The notes under the pieces were generated by a model. That model saw only the letters and a list, made by a program, of their open reading frames with translations, was not told where the DNA came from and made no database searches. Below, in pieces: positions 26,183-35,356 of a DNA stretch of 55,701 nucleotides. The DNA comes from a virus (taxonomy: Duplodnaviria > Caudoviricetes). Where the stretch lies: positions 1 through 55,701 of IMG/VR virus record IMGVR_UViG_3300044675_003951; one strand, 5' to 3'. Made by a program: the position numbers and the translations under genes. Each line of letters starts with the position of its first letter. The stretch's first letter is position 1.

Positions 26183-26920
26183 CTAACGCCAAAGTTCAGC
26201 AATTGCAGGGTTTGCTACTTGATGCGGATTGGGACTGCCATGAAACACAATCACAGCAGTGTCAGGAGCAATTGTGACCCCTGTGCCTGGTTTGTGATAT
26301 CGTCGATATTTAAAATCGTAGCCGCCATCTAGACATTGCCAACGATAGCTCTGAAAGTACTTGGTGTCAAAAAAGCGCCGCTGACTTAGATCTATGTTTT
26401 TGGTTATGTAGTCTTGGTCTCCCTGGCATCCTTGCCGTGCAACATCTATACCTTGGTCAGAGAACCGTTGCCACAGCCAAGCAAACTCCTGGGTATTGAA
26501 CCACATCACGCTGGAATTGATTATGCTCACGTGCTGTTGAAGATATTTGAAATCTTTTATTCCCCAGAACATTGTGGAATCCAATTGTGTGATCCAGGTC
26601 AGATCATTGACGATAACACAATCCAGATCAAAATACAGCATGTTGCCCTGAAATAGTGCAGGGTTAAACAACTGCATTTTGTACCACCAACTTCGTCTGG
26701 GACCAGCAATGCCTGGCCATTCTGTTAGCACATGCTTGATCATGTGGTCAGGAACTGGCCTATCAGCTTCGGTATACACATGCATACGTATACCACCAGG
26801 CAAGAATCTGGTCAACATACTGTGTAGTTTTTCCACATATTGCCAATCATAACCGGTGCTGTGTATCACACAAGCACAGTCAGTTATGCCGTCAGTGCTG
26901 GTTCTATTCTTTTTAGCCAT
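26183..26920 (-). CDS. Glycosyltransferase, GT-A fold (GT8-like)
   Basis: WWYKMQLF, LYFDLD (DxD), INSSVM, GDQDYI, VFHGSPNP. Confidence 0.85.
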   Translation of the reverse strand: MAKKNRTSTDGITDCACVIHSTGYDWQYVEKLHSMLTRFLPGGIRMHVYTEADRPVPDHMIKHVLTEWPGIAGPRRSWWYKMQLFNPALFQGNMLYFDLDCVIVNDLTWITQLDSTMFWGIKDFKYLQQHVSIINSSVMWFNTQEFAWLWQRFSDQGIDVARQGCQGDQDYITKNIDLSQRRFFDTKYFQSYRWQCLDGGYDFKYRRYHKPGTGVTIAPDTAVIVFHGSPNPHQVANPAIAELWR

Positions 26921-27729
26921 AGGCCTTGTTGTATTTCTTGGGGGGTGTATTCAGTGTGGCATATTTGTGTGAGCCACAGGTCTCTGTCAATGGTGTAGGG
27001 TTTTTCTATGTCAGCATAATCAACTGCCACAGCATGTGCTAGACTTGAAGCGTCTACTACGGGACGCACTCCTGCAATTGCAGCTTGTATACCAGGTCCT
27101 GAATTGTAGTTGACCACAGCATGACAATCATAGTGCATGTCATAGCTGTCATATGACCCGGTCACTTTGTTGGGGCGTTCAATGCTGACTCCTGGAGGCA
27201 AATGATCCAGCACTAGAACTGATCTAGGGTGTGGACGAATTACTATGGGACGATCTGACACCTTTTTAATTTGATCAATTTGATTCTGAATCCAGTTGAA
27301 CGCCATGGATTCTACTTGTAAACTGTGTCGATGCTGCACAGCAATAACAATTTCTGGGCGTGACAGCAATTGAGTAGCAAGACTTATCTTTAATTTACGT
27401 GGACGATCCCAGTCTAGATTCTCCAGGTGACCATAGTAACCTTGTGAGTTAACATGATTCACTGCAATCTTCCAGGTGTTGCCACGATACAGAGCACCCA
27501 CTTCTATTATGATAACCGGTTTGTTTTGAGATCTATAGTGCTCGTATACTGCTTGATTTGCAAACAAGCGACCGTGCCATAGCACACTCCATATCACAGC
27601 AGCATCTGCTGTCATTGAATTTTCTTGTGTTTGTATTTTGGCAGCTTGACAATAATCCAAAAAAGAATTCATTATTGACTTGCCATTCAGTGCCACTTGT
27701 AAGGGAAAATAAGCTAGTGTCTTGATCAC
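26884..27729 (-). CDS. KpsC/KpsS-like (capsule synthesis, GT-B) glycosyltransferase
   Basis: IIIEVG, IVIAVQ, IVIRPHP, VVNYNSGPGIQAAIAGVRPV. Confidence 0.75.
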   Translation of the reverse strand: MIKTLAYFPLQVALNGKSIMNSFLDYCQAAKIQTQENSMTADAAVIWSVLWHGRLFANQAVYEHYRSQNKPVIIIEVGALYRGNTWKIAVNHVNSQGYYGHLENLDWDRPRKLKISLATQLLSRPEIVIAVQHRHSLQVESMAFNWIQNQIDQIKKVSDRPIVIRPHPRSVLVLDHLPPGVSIERPNKVTGSYDSYDMHYDCHAVVNYNSGPGIQAAIAGVRPVVDASSLAHAVAVDYADIEKPYTIDRDLWLTQICHTEYTPQEIQQGLWLKRIEPALTA

Positions 27730-27745
27730 AGTTAAATATTTAACT
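27730..27745. promoter_or_regulatory. Perfect 16-bp palindrome acting as a bidirectional late promoter
   Basis: AGTTAAATATTTAACT is self-complementary, has TAAATA on both strands and abuts GTG (minus, 27729) and ATG (plus, 27746). Confidence 0.75.
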
Positions 27746-28543
27746 ATGTTAATGCCACCACTCCACGGAAAGTTAGATCAGTCCAATTTCTTTATCTATG
27801 CCGCATGCGATCACGATTACTTCAACGATTTTGGTCCTGCGTTGATCAACAGTGTATTACAAAACACTCAGTTTGGTGTGCATTTGCATCTTTACAATCC
27901 CACACCAGAACAAATTGCTTATTGTAACAATCGAGACCGTGTTAGCGTTACCCACGAACATGCACCTATAGAATTATTTGATGTGTGTGCAAAACAGTGG
28001 GCAACTGCGTCAGCAGATCCTGAACTTGCTGATCGTCGTCGGCGAATTCTCACTGCCATGACCAAAGGCAAGGACACCAGCATTCAACAACGAATACAAC
28101 GTACATACTTTGCTTCAGCAAGATTTATACGACTGCAACAATTGATTCAGCCCACTGCTCAGGCCCTAGCCATAGATGTTGATGCTGTTGTTCGAAAAAA
28201 CTTGCCAGCATTGGATGTTGCTAGGGATTTTTACATACACTATATCTCAGGTCGCAAAGCCAGATATCTAGCCGGCGGATTGTATCTAACTGGAAATGTG
28301 CGCGGCCATGATTTTTTAAAAGAATACGCAACAATTTTAAAAACCAATATTGAAACTGATAATTTATACTGGGGCATTGATCAAGATGTGCTGCTTGATT
28401 TAGTTCCAAAATATCAGTGGGGAAATCTTCCGTCTGAATACATTGACTGGCAAATGCAAGAAAGTGGTTATATCTGGACTGCCAAGGGCACTAGAAAAGA
28501 TCTAGAAATTTTTGTCAATGAGAAGCAGAAATATATTGCTTGA
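27746..28543 (+). CDS. Nucleotide-diphospho-sugar transferase (GT-A)
   Basis: YFASARF, AIDVDAVV (DxD), LAGG, WGIDQDVL, IWTAKG; start refined to 27746. Confidence 0.75.
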   Translation: MLMPPLHGKLDQSNFFIYAACDHDYFNDFGPALINSVLQNTQFGVHLHLYNPTPEQIAYCNNRDRVSVTHEHAPIELFDVCAKQWATASADPELADRRRRILTAMTKGKDTSIQQRIQRTYFASARFIRLQQLIQPTAQALAIDVDAVVRKNLPALDVARDFYIHYISGRKARYLAGGLYLTGNVRGHDFLKEYATILKTNIETDNLYWGIDQDVLLDLVPKYQWGNLPSEYIDWQMQESGYIWTAKGTRKDLEIFVNEKQKYIA

Positions 28544-29423
28544 TTGACATCCAGAGTTTTCCAGACTTGACTTCGTCATTGGACCAATGTATGTTGGCAA
28601 TTTTATGAATCCATTCTGACCTGTCGGGCAGCGGCGGTGTTTCTATCCAGCTGATGTCATTGAACGCAACGTCAGCAGCCCAGCTATGCACAGGGTCTGA
28701 TATGTATCCAGGAATGCCTTCAATTGCGGCCACCACGTTGGGCGTTGAGTTTAGTCCAACTGTACACCAGCAGTTGACCAATGCATCACGAATGTTTGCG
28801 TGTTCTGAAATAGAAACCGTATTACCGTATTTCTTTTTTATTTTTTCTATGTGTTTGAGTCTAGCACCGTCGCCCGGATGCATGCGAATCATGATGGGAC
28901 GTGGACTACACTTGCGAATGCGGGTGAGGGTTTTGTCTAACCAAACTTCTTGATCGGTAAACATGTTAAAGCCCTTGGGACGCTGGCAAAAAACAAGAAT
29001 ATGATTGCCCGATGTGCGCCAGGGTTTCAAACTGACCCCGTGCCAGGCACTGAACGTGGCCCATTTGTTTTTGTCTAACTTGTCAAAGAAATAAGTTCCA
29101 GAATCTGGATACACTGACCCCAGACTGTATCTGTGCCACTCATGCTCTTGACGGCCGTAGTGCAAGATATTACTGTCCACAAACACCGATGGCGTTTTTT
29201 GCAGTCGCAATTGATCAATTATCTTTCGACGAAAGTTGTCTTCGAGTGTATATCCCAACACAAACCCTGCATCTAATTTGTGAGTGGGCAAACTGTTGTT
29301 GCGAAATTCCTCAATGGTGTCTCCTTGAGATTTGACCCCTTGTGCAAAGTTGTCCATCAACATGACTTTGTTGCTGAACTTGGCAGGATTGCTGATGCTA
29401 TTGTAGAAAATTCCTACTTGCAT
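28515..29423 (-). CDS. KpsC/KpsS-like glycosyltransferase, paralogue of 26884-27729
   Basis: ILVFCQ, IMIRMHP, TVGLNSTPNVVAAIEGIP. Confidence 0.75.
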   Translation of the reverse strand: MQVGIFYNSISNPAKFSNKVMLMDNFAQGVKSQGDTIEEFRNNSLPTHKLDAGFVLGYTLEDNFRRKIIDQLRLQKTPSVFVDSNILHYGRQEHEWHRYSLGSVYPDSGTYFFDKLDKNKWATFSAWHGVSLKPWRTSGNHILVFCQRPKGFNMFTDQEVWLDKTLTRIRKCSPRPIMIRMHPGDGARLKHIEKIKKKYGNTVSISEHANIRDALVNCWCTVGLNSTPNVVAAIEGIPGYISDPVHSWAADVAFNDISWIETPPLPDRSEWIHKIANIHWSNDEVKSGKLWMSIKQYISASH

Positions 29424-30175
29424 TGCCAGTCCTTGGATTTGGTCATTGATATATTGCCTTCGTCAGCAAGAGTGTTTCGGCCCATTAGATATGTGCTGAT
29501 TTGTATGGGAGTTATAAATTGGTTGATTGCATTGTCAGCTGGATACCAGTAGGGTTTGTAGAACTTGACCAGGCCCAGAGCAGCATCAGGAGTGATTGCG
29601 TATCCACTGGCCCCGGGCATGCTGAAGTTTTGCCACTTGCGAGCAATTGCAGGTCCTGTGGGATTTTCCAAATAGGTCTTTTGTGGTTCAGTCATGTAAG
29701 AACTTTTGCCCAGACTGAGAATCAGCACACCCTCAAACTCCACGGGCGTGTATCCTCGATAGAACTTGACATCATCTTCAAAAATCATAATGGGTTCTTT
29801 AAGGTCTATGCATTTTCTCCAAAGACCATAGTGGCTGTAAAAACAACCAATCACGCCCGGGCGACTCAATTTACCTGCGCCGTCATCACCAATCAGCTGT
29901 CGTTCAATGATCTGAAATCGATGTTTCTTTAAAAACTCTTCATAAAGTTCTGGACGAATCAACTCTCTGATATCTTCCATGTTTAACACACGATTCTTGA
30001 TGCTGTAAGGATACAGTGTTTTTTTGGATTTTGTTGCCAACTCAACTGCTCGGTTGCCAGGTGTGCCCTCAAACAGTTCAGCGTCAATGTTGTACTCACG
30101 GAGTTGATCCAACATAATTTGAGAATGGCGAACACTGTGCTCGCGTTCTGGGAGGTAAATTATAAATGCTTTCAT
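29414..30175 (-). CDS. Glycosyltransferase family 25 (LPS biosynthesis-like)
   Basis: AFIIYL, GCFYSHY, IFEDDV, GASGYAITP..A..L, PAD. Confidence 0.88.
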   Translation of the reverse strand: MKAFIIYLPEREHSVRHSQIMLDQLREYNIDAELFEGTPGNRAVELATKSKKTLYPYSIKNRVLNMEDIRELIRPELYEEFLKKHRFQIIERQLIGDDGAGKLSRPGVIGCFYSHYGLWRKCIDLKEPIMIFEDDVKFYRGYTPVEFEGVLILSLGKSSYMTEPQKTYLENPTGPAIARKWQNFSMPGASGYAITPDAALGLVKFYKPYWYPADNAINQFITPIQISTYLMGRNTLADEGNISMTKSKDWQCK

Positions 30176-30188
30176 GATTATCTATGTA

Positions 30189-30200
30189 TATAAATATTTA
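30189..30200. promoter_or_regulatory. Overlapping divergent late promoters
   Basis: Perfect T4 late consensus TATAAATA on plus (30189-30196) overlapping TAAATA on minus (30200-30195). Confidence 0.75.
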
Positions 30201-30225
30201 GTAACAAAACTTGCAAGGAAAAACA

Positions 30226-30768
30226 ATGTCATACAGTTTAAAATCAGGAAAAGCAGAAACACTAGCATGGTTTCAGGCCAACGAATCAACTATCAAAACT
30301 GTTGTAGACATTGGACCTGGTTCAGGAACCTATGTTAAACTCATACGCGAGGACGCCAAGTGCTGTGTTGATGCCACCTGGATTGGGGTTGAAATATGGA
30401 AACCCTACATCGAAGAATTCAATCTTGAACAACGATACACCCAGGTCTTGAATCAAGACATTCGCACCGTGGACTGGGCTGTGTTAAATCCTGATGTAGT
30501 AATTGCCGGTGATGTGCTAGAACACATGACCAAACAAGATGCAATAGTATTGGTTGATCGTATTCTTGCTGTGGCAAAAACATTGATTGTGAGTATTCCC
30601 ATTAGATATATGCCGCAAGACGAGCATGCTTATCCCAATCCTCACGAAGCACACGTCAAGGATGACTGGAGTCATGAGGAAGTTACAGAAACGTGGAAAC
30701 ACTATATCAAAGATTCTTATCGTAAAAGTCAAAAAAGCAAACTTGGTGTGTATTGGATGAGCCAATGA
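30226..30768 (+). CDS. Class I SAM-dependent methyltransferase
   Basis: VVDIGPGSG motif I, GVEI, GDVLEH; AAGGA SD before ATG 30226. Confidence 0.88.
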   Translation: MSYSLKSGKAETLAWFQANESTIKTVVDIGPGSGTYVKLIREDAKCCVDATWIGVEIWKPYIEEFNLEQRYTQVLNQDIRTVDWAVLNPDVVIAGDVLEHMTKQDAIVLVDRILAVAKTLIVSIPIRYMPQDEHAYPNPHEAHVKDDWSHEEVTETWKHYIKDSYRKSQKSKLGVYWMSQ

Positions 30769-31304
30769 GAAGCTTAGACCAGCTCAAACAAGATTTTGTT
30801 AATCTTGTGATTGAACCCACAGCCTGGCTTGGCGACAGTCCTGATCGATTTGATACCTACACTAGATATGCCAGTAAAGTAGATAGCATTACCGAGTTTG
30901 GTGTGTATACTGGACTTAGCACTTGTGCGTGGCTTTCAGGTAAACCAAAAAAATTACGCAGTTACGATATTACTGACAAGCATCTAACTGTGCTTGAAGA
31001 ATTAAAATACAATGCTAAACAAAATGGAACTGACTTTAAATTTTCTGTAGGCAGCAGCCTAGAGGTAGCAGCCGAAGAATGCGATTTGTTGTTTATTGAT
31101 ACTGTACACAAAAGAGCTCATTGTATTGCTGAGTTAACCAGGCATGCTAGTTTGGCTAAAAAATACATTGTGTTACACGATCCCAGTGATTGGCCAGGAG
31201 TATTTGAAGCCGTAATAGATTACCTACATCACAATCGAGAATGGCACATTGTAGAACACTGCAACAAGTCATCAGGATTGATTGTACTAGAACGCTATGC
31301 TTAA
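30765..31304 (+). CDS. SAM-dependent methyltransferase (Methyltransf_24-like)
   Basis: ITEFGVYTGLST, DLLFIDTVH, YIVLHD, PGV; ATGA overlap. Confidence 0.82.
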   Translation: MRSLDQLKQDFVNLVIEPTAWLGDSPDRFDTYTRYASKVDSITEFGVYTGLSTCAWLSGKPKKLRSYDITDKHLTVLEELKYNAKQNGTDFKFSVGSSLEVAAEECDLLFIDTVHKRAHCIAELTRHASLAKKYIVLHDPSDWPGVFEAVIDYLHHNREWHIVEHCNKSSGLIVLERYA

Positions 31305-31938
31305 TGTTGTATGTTTGCTGCGGCAAGGCGGCAAAGTTGGATATGATGCTACCTGGGTAGAAAAACTTCAACGTGGTGTGCAACGTAATCTAACATTGCC
31401 ACATCGATTTGTTTGTTTCAGCGATTGTGAAGTACCGTGTGAGCGAATAAAACTGTTGCCCGGAGATCATGGTTTCTGGAGCAAGATGCAATTGTTTCGG
31501 CCTAGCATATTGTCTGGACCAACCTTGTTTCTAGATCTTGACACAGTGATATGCAGCAACCTAGACCATGTGGTTGCTCAGTTACAAGATCAGAAGTTTG
31601 TTATGTGGCATGAAGCAGACAAGAACATACATTCAAGTGCTTTTATGTATTGGCAAGAAGATCACAGTTATTTGTGGAGCCTGTACCAAAGTCAGTCTTT
31701 AGCACACTGGCAATCCTTGTACAGCTCGCCGCCGCTGTATGGTGATCAAGCCATCATTAGCGAACACACCAATCACACTTTGTTGACTGACCACTGTCCA
31801 GCTGAATGGTTTCACATAGCATCACGCAAAGATGCTGACCTGGATCTTGGTGCAGTAAAAATATTGATGTTCAGAAAAGTATCTCAGAAACCCAGTACCA
31901 TGAGTCATCATCCATTGGTACAACAGCACTGGGTTTAA
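31297..31938 (+). CDS. Glycosyltransferase GT-A, paralogue of 26183-26920
   Basis: FWSKMQLF, LFLDLD, SSAFM, GDQAII. Confidence 0.82.
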   Translation: MLNVVCLLRQGGKVGYDATWVEKLQRGVQRNLTLPHRFVCFSDCEVPCERIKLLPGDHGFWSKMQLFRPSILSGPTLFLDLDTVICSNLDHVVAQLQDQKFVMWHEADKNIHSSAFMYWQEDHSYLWSLYQSQSLAHWQSLYSSPPLYGDQAIISEHTNHTLLTDHCPAEWFHIASRKDADLDLGAVKILMFRKVSQKPSTMSHHPLVQQHWV

Positions 31939-32618
31939 ATTTGTTTTTGTAAACAGTATTCAGTTAAGATACGTTCTCTGTGCCATTCATTGCCTTGTGG
32001 AGTATCGGCAAACTCCTGAAAACATGGCGTGCCAAGTGTGTAGTGCAGTAACTTGGCGTCGGTATTTGGCCCGTATTCATCAGGCAACCAGTTCCATTCA
32101 GGCGGTAGTGAGCCAATTCGATTGTCGTCTATCCACGTGAAGCGGTGGAGCTCACTACCAGTGGAGCGTTGGACGAACTCGGGAGTAAGTCTCCGGTTAG
32201 GAAAGCTATTACAATTCCACAATATAACACTACTCCAATTTTTGCGAGGATAGTCTTCATTCTTTGCTCCTAGATATTTTACTGGCATACGAGTTTTGTA
32301 ATCATGCTTGACTACTTGTACATCTTTGTACTCATCCCGCAAGTTCCAGAGTTCTGTAATGTCTCCACGCACAATCATGTCACCATCTATAAAGATAGCA
32401 TGTCCAGAATACTCCATTAGATGTGGCACAAGAAAGCGTGTGTAGATAAAATGGTTTGATCCGTCTGTGTGTGTTTCTGCGTAGTCTCGGAACAGATTCA
32501 AGGCCACAGGCACAATAGCCACAGGTTGCGAACTGTTGCGTATGATACTGTTTACACAAGTATGATACGCAATGGCTTCTCTAGGGTCGTAACCCACGAA
32601 TACAGGAATTGGCTTCAT
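31935..32618 (-). CDS. Glycosyltransferase GT-A (GT8-like)
   Basis: VFVGYDPRE, FIYTRFLVP, IFIDGDM, YPRKNWSS, LPPEWN, LLHYTLGTP. Confidence 0.85.
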   Translation of the reverse strand: MKPIPVFVGYDPREAIAYHTCVNSIIRNSSQPVAIVPVALNLFRDYAETHTDGSNHFIYTRFLVPHLMEYSGHAIFIDGDMIVRGDITELWNLRDEYKDVQVVKHDYKTRMPVKYLGAKNEDYPRKNWSSVILWNCNSFPNRRLTPEFVQRSTGSELHRFTWIDDNRIGSLPPEWNWLPDEYGPNTDAKLLHYTLGTPCFQEFADTPQGNEWHRERILTEYCLQKQI

Positions 32619-33373
32619 TGGCGTTCAATGTCTTCTTCGACGCAGTTGTCGCCATACTGGATTTCAATCAGCTTTAGTGGCTGATCCGTTTCGTTGCACA
32701 GTTGATGCCATTCACGACATTCAATAAAGGTGTGTTCATGCACATCAAGATAACACTTGACATCACGGTCTGTACTTCTTTCATCCAGAGTATACACTGT
32801 GGCTGTGCCTTCGGCTACAAACCAAAACTCTTGTCTCTTATCATGGCGTTGCATGCTCAAACAGGTCTTGGGCATGACCGTGAGCTCTTTGAGCTTGGTG
32901 TTGGCACCTACTTCGTGCAGAACACGATAGTATCCCCAAGCACGACTAGTTTTAGGAGCTTTCCACTCTTGTAAGATCCAGCTGCTAGAATTCTTTTTAT
33001 CGTCTCCGCCTACGCCAAATTTAAAGATCACATCTTGCACAACCATTTCAGGAATGTTGACTGCCGTACGATCGCCGCCATTGGCAAAGATGATTTCGTG
33101 ATCGGGATGCAGTAGTTTTACTGCTTCTATTGCAGCACAACCGGATCCGTCTGAATCATCAAATTCAATCACTCTATCAACCACATGTAATGCTGCCACA
33201 ATTGCAGCACGTTCGGACCAGGGCATGAACGCTGATCCTTTTTTGCGCTGCAACCAAGCATCGCTGTTGAGGCCAACATACAACTTGTCGCCTAGTTCTC
33301 TAGCAGCGTTAAAATAGGCAATGTGTCCCGAGTGCAGCGGATCAAAACCCCCAGTTACTAATACAATTTTCAT
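32615..33373 (-). CDS. Cytidylyltransferase-like (HxGH; TagD/RfaE family) fused to a mannose-6-phosphate-isomerase-type cupin
   Basis: TGGFDPLHSGH, GLNSD, FANGGDR, NSSS; then WGYY...LSMQRH...E...WHQL...IEIQYG...EEDIER; start 5 nt after TAAATA (33384-33379). Confidence 0.88.
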   Translation of the reverse strand: MKIVLVTGGFDPLHSGHIAYFNAARELGDKLYVGLNSDAWLQRKKGSAFMPWSERAAIVAALHVVDRVIEFDDSDGSGCAAIEAVKLLHPDHEIIFANGGDRTAVNIPEMVVQDVIFKFGVGGDDKKNSSSWILQEWKAPKTSRAWGYYRVLHEVGANTKLKELTVMPKTCLSMQRHDKRQEFWFVAEGTATVYTLDERSTDRDVKCYLDVHEHTFIECREWHQLCNETDQPLKLIEIQYGDNCVEEDIERQ

Positions 33374-33397
33374 ACTGGTATTTACAGTGACCAAACA

Positions 33398-33850
33398 CTA
33401 GACTGAAATATCTTCCATGCCAGCAGTTCTGAGTTTTACAATGTGTCCCATTTGCCACTGTTTGGTTTCGAGACCCTTCATAATGCCCAGCCAACGATTA
33501 CGCAGAAATGCCACTTCGTTGATAATGGTTTCGTAGTCAATGACTTCGTCCTCACCATCCACATACTTTTCAGCATCTCTGCTGGTCAGTGCTCTGGGGT
33601 AATTTTCCAGGTATTTTTGAAAATGTTTTCTGCGTATCTTGCGCAGTTGAATATTGAGATAGTTTAACACTGCCTCAATTTCCTGCAACTGATAAAATCG
33701 CTGTTCAGTTGTGCCTGGCAGTTCTTTGAGATTGCGCTCTACTATTCCAGCAATAACACAATCTCGTTTGGCTGAAATTATTTCTGACTCGTAATGAGTT
33801 ATAAAGTCAGGTATCAGTGACAAGTCTGCAACTACACGATTATACCACAT
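33398..33850 (-). CDS. uvsY: UvsY-like recombination mediator
   Basis: KYLENYPRALTSRDAEKYVDGE...IMKGLETKQWQ...LRTAG pattern; near uvsX. Confidence 0.75.
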   Translation of the reverse strand: MWYNRVVADLSLIPDFITHYESEIISAKRDCVIAGIVERNLKELPGTTEQRFYQLQEIEAVLNYLNIQLRKIRRKHFQKYLENYPRALTSRDAEKYVDGEDEVIDYETIINEVAFLRNRWLGIMKGLETKQWQMGHIVKLRTAGMEDISV

Positions 33851-35090
33851 ATTCTAATTCTTTCACCAGCCAAGGAAACGTTGTACGCCAATTGAGATTC
33901 CTACGTCGGTCAAGTTCGTCAAGCACGACCCTGAGTTTGACCAATTGATCTTCTTGACGAATATTTTGATTACACTGCAATTGCAATGTCTTCATCATGT
34001 TGCGACTGCTTTGATGTTGCCATCCATCATCGGGCATTGCCTGTAGTATTTTTTCAAAATCTTCATCAAAAAATCCAGGGCCAAATATAATGGGATTAAA
34101 ATATTCAAAGCCAAGCACAGCCATATGATAGTGCCCTATCTTTCGTGCAGCCCTGTGTTGATTAATATATTCTAACAATGGTAACATTGACTTTATGCCC
34201 AACCCTGTAATGGTCTGATTGACATTGAGAGTAATCCAACGCTGTTCTGCCAGATATTCAAAATTTTGTTTCCATTGTTCAAGATTGAATCCGTAGCGTA
34301 TATACTCTTGTTCTGCACCCCAACAATCAATGCTGCATGTGATATCAAGACGTTTAATTTTACGTTGAACCAGCAAACTGCGCATCCGCTGCACAAAGTC
34401 AACTAATTTTGTCATTGACACTTTGAGATTGGTCACAATATTAAATTCTAATTCAGAATTTTGGTGTGCTTCTAGAAATTCCAAACATGTTTCAAATTGT
34501 GATTGAAAGAAAGGTTCTCCACCAAGTATGTGCAGTCTGCGGAGTTCTTGATAATTCAACTCGAGCCAGTCCCAAAACTCTGTCTGCAATTGATTCTTTT
34601 GAGGATGCTTTACTGCTGTGTTATCAATGATCACGCCATGTGATTCAAACTTGCCAAATTTTTCATTTTCTGTTTGAATTCGACTACTAAATCCGTCCCA
34701 ACAGTAGATGCAGCTCATGTTACATACATTATCAAGATACACTTCAACAATGCGCGGAGTAACACTGGTTGCTGCTAGATCAGTTTCAAGTTCGGGTGGT
34801 GTTAGATTAGGAATTTGCAACTGAAACTGTCTGTCACTTTGTCCGCCTGCACTTTCCATATTTTTACAATATTCACAACCTCCCGACGGCCACTTTCCGG
34901 CTAGCATTAGTTCACGGTCTGCGATCTTTTTGTTAGTGTTATGAAAATTTTTAAAATTATCTGGATCTACATTGCTACTATTAACTCTATGGCAAGAACT
35001 TGTTTCCCCGGTGTACAAAAACAAGGTGCTCCAGGTCCATTTAAGCTGACAAGCTGTATCTGTAACAATTGGAAAATACTTGTGGGACAT
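33840..35090 (-). CDS. Radical SAM enzyme with N-terminal Cys-rich domain
   Basis: ACQLKW..SCH..CEYC, then CNMSCIYC, GGEPF, SIDCWG..EYIR, D.RR...FPWL. Confidence 0.9.
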   Translation of the reverse strand: MSHKYFPIVTDTACQLKWTWSTLFLYTGETSSCHRVNSSNVDPDNFKNFHNTNKKIADRELMLAGKWPSGGCEYCKNMESAGGQSDRQFQLQIPNLTPPELETDLAATSVTPRIVEVYLDNVCNMSCIYCWDGFSSRIQTENEKFGKFESHGVIIDNTAVKHPQKNQLQTEFWDWLELNYQELRRLHILGGEPFFQSQFETCLEFLEAHQNSELEFNIVTNLKVSMTKLVDFVQRMRSLLVQRKIKRLDITCSIDCWGAEQEYIRYGFNLEQWKQNFEYLAEQRWITLNVNQTITGLGIKSMLPLLEYINQHRAARKIGHYHMAVLGFEYFNPIIFGPGFFDEDFEKILQAMPDDGWQHQSSRNMMKTLQLQCNQNIRQEDQLVKLRVVLDELDRRRNLNWRTTFPWLVKELEYVV

Positions 35091-35356
35091 TAATTTTCCC
35101 AGGTCTCGTCCTCGGATTCGTCAGTGTCATCGTCTTCAATTTCATCCTCATCTTCATAACTTTTGTCGTTGTCAAGATAAGCCGTGAGCGCACGTTTGAT
35201 ATCGCTGTCACCTTTGAAGGCCGCTTTGATATCCTCCACGGTACAGTCGTTGTCAATGAGAATGCTTAATACAGTTTCTGCCGCTTCAGAGCGGTCCACA
35301 GTGTTAACATAGCGTTTGAGTTCTCCCCAAATTTCGCCAGCGACTGATTCAATCAT
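35090..35356 (-). CDS. Small acidic hypothetical protein
   Basis: 88 aa with a D/E-rich tail, coupled to uvsX. Confidence 0.65.
   Translation of the reverse strand: MIESVAGEIWGELKRYVNTVDRSEAAETVLSILIDNDCTVEDIKAAFKGDSDIKRALTAYLDNDKSYEDEDEIEDDDTDESEDETWEN

Noticed and set aside
25221-26185. Four regularly spaced repeats as a CRISPR array
   Set aside because: Spacing is ~300 bp, the intervals are ORFs, the repeats are degenerate promoter consensus, and no cas operon is present
26183-33373. Bacterial LPS/capsule locus or host contamination
   Set aside because: The genes overlap or abut phage genes, use the phage TAAATA motif, and lack transport or polymerase genes such as wzx, wzy or kpsMT
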